In this document: positions 57,988 through 64,000 of the stretch, piece after piece
How the letters are laid out: the number at the start of each line of letters is the position of its first letter
Position numbering within the stretch: the stretch's first letter is position 1
Assembly (NCBI GenBank): GCA_963741865.1
Contig: CAVUJP010000002.1
Location: 193,347 to 257,346, forward strand
DNA length: 64,000 bases
Reading direction: 5' to 3'
Source: an uncultured Flavobacteriaceae bacterium
Lineage (GTDB): Bacteria > Bacteroidota > Bacteroidia > Flavobacteriales > Flavobacteriaceae
Program-made: the position numbers and the translations under genes
The notes under the pieces: model-generated
Database searches by the model: none
Told to the model about the DNA's origin: nothing
Seen by the model: only the letters and a program-made list of their open reading frames with translations

Positions 57988-58512
57988 CTATTCCTGTTCT
58001 TTCCGCTGATGAACTTCTCCCCGATAAGAAATGGGATCTCTCTCTGAACTTGTAACGTTGGTATATGCTTTCATATTCGGATATAAAACAATTCTGAAAT
58101 CAAGGCTCTCACTTTTCCGTCTTCCTTCAAAGCTAATTACCGTATTAGAATCTTTATCCTGAGAAAAATCCAGATTTCTGGCAATTCCCTCGTATTTTAT
58201 TCCACCTTCAGAATTATAGCCGCCTCCTGTATGTCTTACTCCAAAATATGGCAGAAATAGATCCACACTGTCATTTTTAAACCGGATATAATTGGTATTT
58301 CCGATCAAATTTATCTGCGAACCTCTCAATGGCATTGCCCAGTCATTTTCAATTTCAAAATGCCGTTCGCTAATTAACTGCTGCAAATTTTCATCAGCTG
58401 CTGTATCTCTGTTCACGCTGCTTCCGCAGGAAAAACTCAGCACACTCACCAGTATTATAATAAAAATCGCTGCTATTCCCTTATATTCTTTTGTTTCTCC
58501 GCTCATCTTCAT
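57988..58512 (-). CDS. hypothetical lipoprotein (DUF4251-like, tentative)
   Basis: Signal peptide plus lipobox (LSFSC). About 170 aa of beta-rich sequence. Confidence 0.5.
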   Translation of the reverse strand: MKMSGETKEYKGIAAIFIIILVSVLSFSCGSSVNRDTAADENLQQLISERHFEIENDWAMPLRGSQINLIGNTNYIRFKNDSVDLFLPYFGVRHTGGGYNSEGGIKYEGIARNLDFSQDKDSNTVISFEGRRKSESLDFRIVLYPNMKAYTNVTSSERDPISYRGEVHQRKEQE

Positions 58513-58622
58513 AATCTGTTTTTTTAAATTCTCTTCTTAAATTACAAATTTTAGGCCTTACCGCTACTTTCTTTATTATATGTTTTGCATTTTTATTTTA
58601 TCTGAAATATAGATGAATCCCT

Positions 58623-59501
58623 TTATATGTTCTTAATATTGAAAACAAAGGCGCGGTATTTCAATAAGGCCACGAAAACCGTTGCACCAATGGCATTTCC
58701 GCCTATTGATAAGATCAGGGTTTTCAGGTAATCCCACACTCCTATTTCGGGAGAAACCAGCAATCCGCTGAAAATTTCAATATTCCCGATGATACTGTGA
58801 TGCAATCCTGAAAAGCCCATTACCGCGGTGATCAGGTAAATAATGAAGATCTCCCCGATGGTTTCTTTGGAAGAAGTTACCAGCCAGGAAAGCAAACCCA
58901 TCAGCCAACCCGCCAAAATTGAACTCACCAGAATGGTATAAAATTCATAATCACTGAAATGCAATGCGATTTTGGCAACATCGGTTTCGGTGAAAATTCC
59001 CAGCCGCGGCCCTATCCATACCAGCGTTAACGCGATGAGAATTCCGCCGGTAAGATTGCCGAGTATAACAAGCGCCCAGATTTTGAAAAGGCTGCCTACA
59101 GATCGTTTATTGCTGAGCACCGGCAAAGTGAGCAGCGAAGTTTGTTCTGTGAAAAGAATGGATTGCCCCAGGATAACCAGCACAAAACCAACCGGATATA
59201 CGAAGGCTATAAGTTTAAAAAGGATTTCTTCCGGAAAATAACCGCTGAAAAAACTAAAAACCGTTCCTATCAGCAAAAAACTGAAACCCATTTCCAACCC
59301 GGCGGTAAAAGAGCTTAACAGGATGCTTCGGGAGCTTCGGTCGTATGTTTCACAACCCTCAGTGATCTGTTGCCTTAGGATCTCTCCGTGAGTTTTGGTT
59401 CGGGTTTGATCATTAGAGGTGGATGATTCGATCTCCCGGTCTACTTTTTCCTGCTTTTTCTTTTTTACCTCTTCCTGGTTCTTTTTTTCTTTTTCGTCCA
59501 T
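58623..59501 (-). CDS. formate/nitrite transporter (FNT) family protein with charged N-terminal extension
   Basis: 6 TM helices with an FNT-like segment (VILGQSILFTEQT). The first ~45 aa are K/E-rich. Confidence 0.65.
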   Translation of the reverse strand: MDEKEKKNQEEVKKKKQEKVDREIESSTSNDQTRTKTHGEILRQQITEGCETYDRSSRSILLSSFTAGLEMGFSFLLIGTVFSFFSGYFPEEILFKLIAFVYPVGFVLVILGQSILFTEQTSLLTLPVLSNKRSVGSLFKIWALVILGNLTGGILIALTLVWIGPRLGIFTETDVAKIALHFSDYEFYTILVSSILAGWLMGLLSWLVTSSKETIGEIFIIYLITAVMGFSGLHHSIIGNIEIFSGLLVSPEIGVWDYLKTLILSIGGNAIGATVFVALLKYRAFVFNIKNI

Positions 59502-59577
59502 ATTTAATGAGATAAGAAAAATCCGGAAACCTCGTGTTCCCGGATCCTTCTAAATTAAAAAAATTCCCCGCTTAAAA

Positions 59578-60054
59578 CTACATATGCAATTTTTCAGCCG
59601 GCATCTGTTCCCATATTTTTAGCGCCTCTTCCCTGTAGATCTGTATCATTTTGAATTCTTCATGCCTTTCATGAGAATTCGTATCATTATAAATATCGCT
59701 AAAAACAAATCCGAAATCCTTCGCATCCTGCGCAGAGGCTCCATAATAAATATAATCCAAATCTACCCAGTGCGCAGCTCCAAGACACATCATACAGGGT
59801 TCGCAGCTGGTATACATCACACAACCCTTAAGATCATTGGTATTTAAGTTTTTACAGGCTCTTTGAATAGCCTTTAATTCGGCGTGGTGTGTACAATCTC
59901 CTTTCCATACCACCTCGTTACGGGATTCAGCGATAATTTTATCTCCTCTAGTAATTACTGCACCAAAAGGACCTCCGTTATCCATTTCCCTTCCTTCTCG
60001 AGCCAGTTCGAAGGCTCTGTTCATCATTCTTCGTTGTAAATCCTTCGTTTCCAT
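59578..60054 (-). CDS. nucleoside (CMP/dCMP-type, guanine/tRNA-adenosine-like) deaminase
   Basis: Zinc motifs HAE (CTHHAELKAI) and PCxxC (CEPCMMCLGA). Confidence 0.88.
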   Translation of the reverse strand: METKDLQRRMMNRAFELAREGREMDNGGPFGAVITRGDKIIAESRNEVVWKGDCTHHAELKAIQRACKNLNTNDLKGCVMYTSCEPCMMCLGAAHWVDLDYIYYGASAQDAKDFGFVFSDIYNDTNSHERHEEFKMIQIYREEALKIWEQMPAEKLHM

Positions 60055-60262
60055 AATTATTCCTTTTTTAATCTCTTAATCAAGTTAAGGTATATGTGAT
60101 GGTTATATAGAACTTTCACACTAAATATTTCTTAATTCCGACGATTTTAAGGTTACACGTAAGAATTCCAAAAATCTTCCTAAAACTTTGCTAAATCTGA
60201 CTTCAGTCATTTGAAATAGGAGAATATTTAAGTTCCTTTAGAATAAATAAAAACTGAAATTT

Positions 60263-60562
60263 ATGGAAGCTATATTCGAATTTGTACAACTGGATAAAAG
60301 CGATAGTCTTGAATCTTTTACTCAGAAAAAACTTGATAAACTGGAAAATAAATTTAATTGGGTCGTTAGGGCGAATGTTTTCTTTAAAAGAGATGAGAAC
60401 CAAAAGCCTGACGGATATATCTGCGAGATCAGGCTGAGTGCTCCCGGTCCTGAAATATATGCGCAGTCTAATGAAAATTCATTTGAAGCCGCAGTTGCCA
60501 AAACCGTGAAAGATATTGAAAGACAATGCAGCAAACGCAAGGATAAAATGACCTCTCATTAA
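60263..60562 (+). CDS. ribosome hibernation factor HPF/RaiA family (short form)
   Basis: 99 aa with a beta-alpha-beta-beta-beta-alpha pattern (SLESFTQKKLDKLENKF ... FEAAVAKTVKDIERQ). Confidence 0.8.
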   Translation: MEAIFEFVQLDKSDSLESFTQKKLDKLENKFNWVVRANVFFKRDENQKPDGYICEIRLSAPGPEIYAQSNENSFEAAVAKTVKDIERQCSKRKDKMTSH

Positions 60563-60586
60563 TTCCTGAAAAATAAATCAAATAAA

Positions 60587-60620
60587 AACCTTTCAGTCTA
60601 ACCGCCTGAAAGGTTTTTTT
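60587..60620. terminator. bidirectional rho-independent terminator
   Basis: AACCTTTCAG-9 nt-CTGAAAGGTT hairpin with an A-run and a T-run, between convergent genes. Confidence 0.85.
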
Positions 60621-60657
60621 GTGGGAAACTTTAGAAGCCTGTTTACTTCTAATTAAT

Positions 60658-62643
60658 TCACATCCTCAAATCCTCCTCTTCAAGTTTTTCTTTGAATTCA
60701 TTGATGATTCCGCCTTTCAGAAGAATATCCACCTGCCGGTCACTCATGCTGTGAGTGGTTTCTATCACTTCCTTGCCTCCATGGTGTTTCCTGATGATCA
60801 CTTTTACAGTATTCTTATCCCGAACATCCTGTTTGAAGTTCTTCAGAATAATAGTATCCCCCTGCTCTATCTTATCGTAATCTTCGATATTGGTAAATTC
60901 CAGGGGAAGGATGCCAAAATTCACCAGGTTTTGCCATGCAATTCTCGCGTACGAATTGGCGATTACCGCCACCTGTCCCAAATATTTCGGAGCCAGCGCC
61001 GCATGTTCCCGGCTTGATCCCTGGGCGTAGTTATCACGGGCAACCACCACATGACCGCCATGCTCGCTTTTAGCCTTCATGGCCCGATCATAAAAAGTTT
61101 CGTCAATTACCGTATAGGAATATTTACTGATCTCCGGTAGATTGCTTCGAAAAGGAAGAACTTCGGCTCCTGCTTTTAAAATTTCATCGGTAGAAATATT
61201 ATCACCCATTTTTAACAATACCGGCACACTATATTTTTCCTGAAGAGCCTCGATATGTGGTAAGGTCTTGATATTCGGACCCTTTTTCAAATGAATTTTT
61301 GTTCCGTCTTCGGGTGGAGCAACCAGCATCTCGGTATTGATGATCTCAATTTCGGGATGTTCGTACCGCGGATATTTCATGTCATAAAGTTTTTCCATAT
61401 CCCTCGGATCGGTTATTTTTCCTGTTAATGCCGAAGCTGCAGCAGTTTCAGGACTGCATAAATACACATTATCATCTTTAGTACCTGAACGATCCGGAAA
61501 ATTTCTGGGCATGGTTCTTAGACTAATTGTATCTGAAGCCGGTGCCTCTCCCATTCCGATACAGCCCATGCAACCTGACTGGTGAAAACGCGCACCCGCT
61601 TTTATCAAGTTGGCAAAAGCGCGATTGTCGATCATATTCTGGATCATTTGCCGGGAAGTGGGATTGATATCGAAAGAAACATCATTATTCACATTCTTAT
61701 CCTGTACCATCGCCCCTGCGATCCAGAAATCTCGTAATCCGGGATTTGCGGATGAGCCTATTACCACCTGGCTGATTTCCCGGCCTGCCACTTCACTTAC
61801 GGGCACCACATTTCCCGGGCTTGTAGGTTTTGCAATTAACGGCACCAGTTCGTCAAGAATTATTTCATCTTCAAGGTCATATTCGCAGCCTTCATCGGCA
61901 ACGAGCTCCATCCAATCCTCTTCCCGTTTCTGGGATTTTAAGAATCGTTTGGTTTCTTCATCGCTGGGAAAAACCGTAGTAGTTGCCCCTAATTCTGCTC
62001 CCATATTAGCGATCACGTGACGATCCATGGCGCTTAGATTTTGCAGTCCTTCCCCATAATATTCGATCACCTTCCCTACTCCGCCTTTTACGTCATACCG
62101 CCTCAGCATTTCCAGGATCACATCTTTTGCACTCACCCAATCGGGTAATTTCCCGGTGAGCTTCACTCCCATTACCTGGGGCATTTTTACAAAATACGGC
62201 TGTCCGGCTATAGCCGCGGCTACATCAAGGCCGCCTGTACCAATAGCAAGCATCCCGATCGATCCCCCGGCAGGGGTATGACTGTCTGATCCCACCATGG
62301 TTTTTCCTGGTTTCCCGAAACGCTGCATATGAACGGGATGGCTTACGCCATTTCCGGGGCGACTGTACCACAAACCAAAACGCTGGGCTGCAGAATGAAG
62401 AAACAGATGATCATCAGCATTCTTATAATCCGTTTGCAACAGGTTATGGTCTACATACTGTACCGCTACCTCGGTTTGTGCTTTTTTCAATCCCATAGCT
62501 TCCAGTTCCAGCTGCACCAGCGTTCCGGTAGCATCCTGCAGCAGGGCCTGATCTATCTTGATACCAATCTCTTTTCCGGGTTTCATTTCGCCTTCCAGCA
62601 GATGACTTTTTATAAGCTTTTGGGTAACATTGAGTTTAGACAT
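60658..62643 (-). CDS. aconitate hydratase (aconitase-family, ~660-aa type)
   Basis: GSDSHT and Fe-S cysteines (CMGCIG, LCSPE) are present. The swivel domain carries GSSREHAA. Confidence 0.9.
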   Translation of the reverse strand: MSKLNVTQKLIKSHLLEGEMKPGKEIGIKIDQALLQDATGTLVQLELEAMGLKKAQTEVAVQYVDHNLLQTDYKNADDHLFLHSAAQRFGLWYSRPGNGVSHPVHMQRFGKPGKTMVGSDSHTPAGGSIGMLAIGTGGLDVAAAIAGQPYFVKMPQVMGVKLTGKLPDWVSAKDVILEMLRRYDVKGGVGKVIEYYGEGLQNLSAMDRHVIANMGAELGATTTVFPSDEETKRFLKSQKREEDWMELVADEGCEYDLEDEIILDELVPLIAKPTSPGNVVPVSEVAGREISQVVIGSSANPGLRDFWIAGAMVQDKNVNNDVSFDINPTSRQMIQNMIDNRAFANLIKAGARFHQSGCMGCIGMGEAPASDTISLRTMPRNFPDRSGTKDDNVYLCSPETAAASALTGKITDPRDMEKLYDMKYPRYEHPEIEIINTEMLVAPPEDGTKIHLKKGPNIKTLPHIEALQEKYSVPVLLKMGDNISTDEILKAGAEVLPFRSNLPEISKYSYTVIDETFYDRAMKAKSEHGGHVVVARDNYAQGSSREHAALAPKYLGQVAVIANSYARIAWQNLVNFGILPLEFTNIEDYDKIEQGDTIILKNFKQDVRDKNTVKVIIRKHHGGKEVIETTHSMSDRQVDILLKGGIINEFKEKLEEEDLRM

Positions 62644-62802
62644 AGTAATGGTAGTTTTGTTTTTAAGTTACTATGTTTCTCGGGAAGGCTCTTTCTCTTT
62701 AACAATATCTTAGCCTAAGATTTGTCATTTTTTTATCAAATTGGGGATCTCTCAAAATTCTTTGAATTTTTTATAATTTGTTACACTAATTAAAAGCTGA
62801 GG

Positions 62803-63351
62803 ATGAATGCTATCGTAAAAAGAGCTATTGTAGGTGGAGTTGTTTCAACAATAGTTATGGGAATCGGAACTTTTATTTTAGGACAGATCTCCGGCTATAA
62901 AGCCATGGAACTTTTAAAACATTCCCTCTCCGGGATCAATATGCTGTGCAACACCGTAATCCTTGGTTCTACCACAATACTTGCACTCATGCTCACCTTG
63001 CTGAGTATCAGCCGCGCTTCACAATCAAGTCTTAATAAACGTCATTATAAAGATGTGTTAACCATCGCCAAAGCCGATACCATTTTAATTATTGCAGCCG
63101 TGATCACTTTTTTAATGCTGAATTTACCCATCAGTGAATCTGAAGAGGTAAAACAGTCATGGTACAGGATTATCTATTATATAAGTCTGGGAATGGCTGC
63201 CATTCTTGGCGGAGGACTCATTGCCGTGGTAACCATGCTCTATGGAACCATTGCGAACGTCATTCTTATTATTGGTCTTGGGGTCACCGACCATCCGCTG
63301 GTTTCTAAGGAAGATGCTGAAGAAGCCGAAGAAAAAGAAAGAGAAAATTAG
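62803..63351 (+). CDS. hypothetical membrane protein (4 TM) with acidic C-terminus
   Basis: Hydrophobic-segment pattern only. No family recognised. Confidence 0.5.
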   Translation: MNAIVKRAIVGGVVSTIVMGIGTFILGQISGYKAMELLKHSLSGINMLCNTVILGSTTILALMLTLLSISRASQSSLNKRHYKDVLTIAKADTILIIAAVITFLMLNLPISESEEVKQSWYRIIYYISLGMAAILGGGLIAVVTMLYGTIANVILIIGLGVTDHPLVSKEDAEEAEEKEREN

Positions 63352-63520
63352 CAATAAAATAAGGCTGTTCTGAAAAACCCTAAAACTTCTGACGGATGTA
63401 CTGAATTCAAGGTAATCAAGTCAGAAAAGATCTTTCAAAACAGCCCTGTGGGATTATAAATTTACGTTATTCTGAAATTATTTCAGAGAATGTAAATAGT
63501 GATTTTCAAAATTTTCTATT

Positions 63521-64000
63521 CTAACTCCTACCCAGGGAGTTCAAAATATCGATCTGGTGGCCTTCTTCGAGATTAAAACCGGGTTTCCCTTTTCTTGGAA
63601 AAAGATAGGTGAAAGGTGTGTCAAATGCCGCCCAGCTTTCCGCAAGCCCAAAATCATTATTGCTGTTTTTCTTTTCAGGTCGGTTAAAAGTATTCAGATC
63701 TGAATCATATTTCGAGCCTACCGCGTCATCACCGGGGAATAACATCCCGTCATTAATATCTGAATACAACACCACCGAAGCTCCTTCACTACCCGGAAGA
63801 TCGAAAATATTAATCCCGAAGCTCGTCAAAACAGAATCTTTCGCGGTGATATCTTTGGTCTTAAAATCGTCTTTGAAGTTATTTCTGGGATGCGCGTAAA
63901 TTGAAGCTCCGCCGGCATCTTCAGAAATAGTTTTTAGATCGGCATAAGCCGACTTTAAAATTCCGTCACAGGTGATCAGAATTCCTTTTATATTATATCC
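63521..64000 (-). CDS. hypothetical protein, 3' part only (continues beyond window end)
   Basis: The minus-strand frame stays open from 63829 to nt 64000 (…ITCDGILKSAYADLKTISEDAGGASIYAHPRNNFKDDF…). The listed ORF 63521..63829 is only the part from an internal TTG. Confidence 0.5.
   Translation of the reverse strand, partial: GYNIKGILITCDGILKSAYADLKTISEDAGGASIYAHPRNNFKDDFKTKDITAKDSVLTSFGINIFDLPGSEGASVVLYSDINDGMLFPGDDAVGSKYDSDLNTFNRPEKKNSNNDFGLAESWAAFDTPFTYLFPRKGKPGFNLEEGHQIDILNSLGRS

Noticed and set aside
1-64000. CRISPR arrays, tRNA, rRNA and tmRNA genes
   Set aside because: I saw no regularly spaced direct repeats and no GGTTCGAATCC-type T-arm or other tRNA hallmarks on reading either strand. 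The absence is by eye only and should be confirmed with tRNAscan-SE, Infernal and a CRISPR finder.

Overview
This is a dense 64-kb chromosomal window with about 59 protein-coding genes, and it looks like a Flavobacteriia (Bacteroidota) genome. The signs are low GC, TAnnTTTG-type -7 boxes just upstream of starts, many ATGA/TAATG coupled gene junctions, and typical flavobacterial gene content. I found no rRNA, tRNA or CRISPR array by eye. All product calls come from motif and family recognition in the supplied translations; no database search was possible.

The left two-thirds (1-40 kb) is mostly housekeeping: a treS-maltokinase fusion, ychF, a parE-x-parC-mscL operon, ppc, aroB, proline dehydrogenase, YebC, gcvT, nnr, hutH, clpC and gyrA. 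The right third (about 41-60 kb) looks more accessory. It holds a PAP2/vanadium-haloperoxidase-like lipoprotein with a DoxX-like membrane protein and an outer-membrane barrel, and a LytTR response regulator beside a hybrid histidine kinase. It also holds a scar made of a glycosidase C-terminal remnant and a doubly truncated IS3 transposase relic, a small ORF followed by a TPR-membrane adenylate cyclase, and a VOC/cupin/DMT/cupin/SDR/SDR cluster.

Most notable observations:
1. Four conserved genes (parE, nnr, hutH, gyrA), two of them essential, are each interrupted by exactly one extra nucleotide. This may be an assembly artefact, but it needs checking.
2. The haloperoxidase-like cluster sits next to a two-component system.
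3. The 120-aa ORF and the TPR-cyclase lie in the same reading frame, separated by a single TAG. An 18-bp perfect palindrome lies upstream and mobile-element scars flank the locus.
4. A TTTACA-N2-TGTAAA palindrome array sits in the divergent XRE-regulator/M14-peptidase intergenic region.

I cannot demonstrate a clearly novel multi-gene system from sequence alone. The candidates are ranked in the findings.
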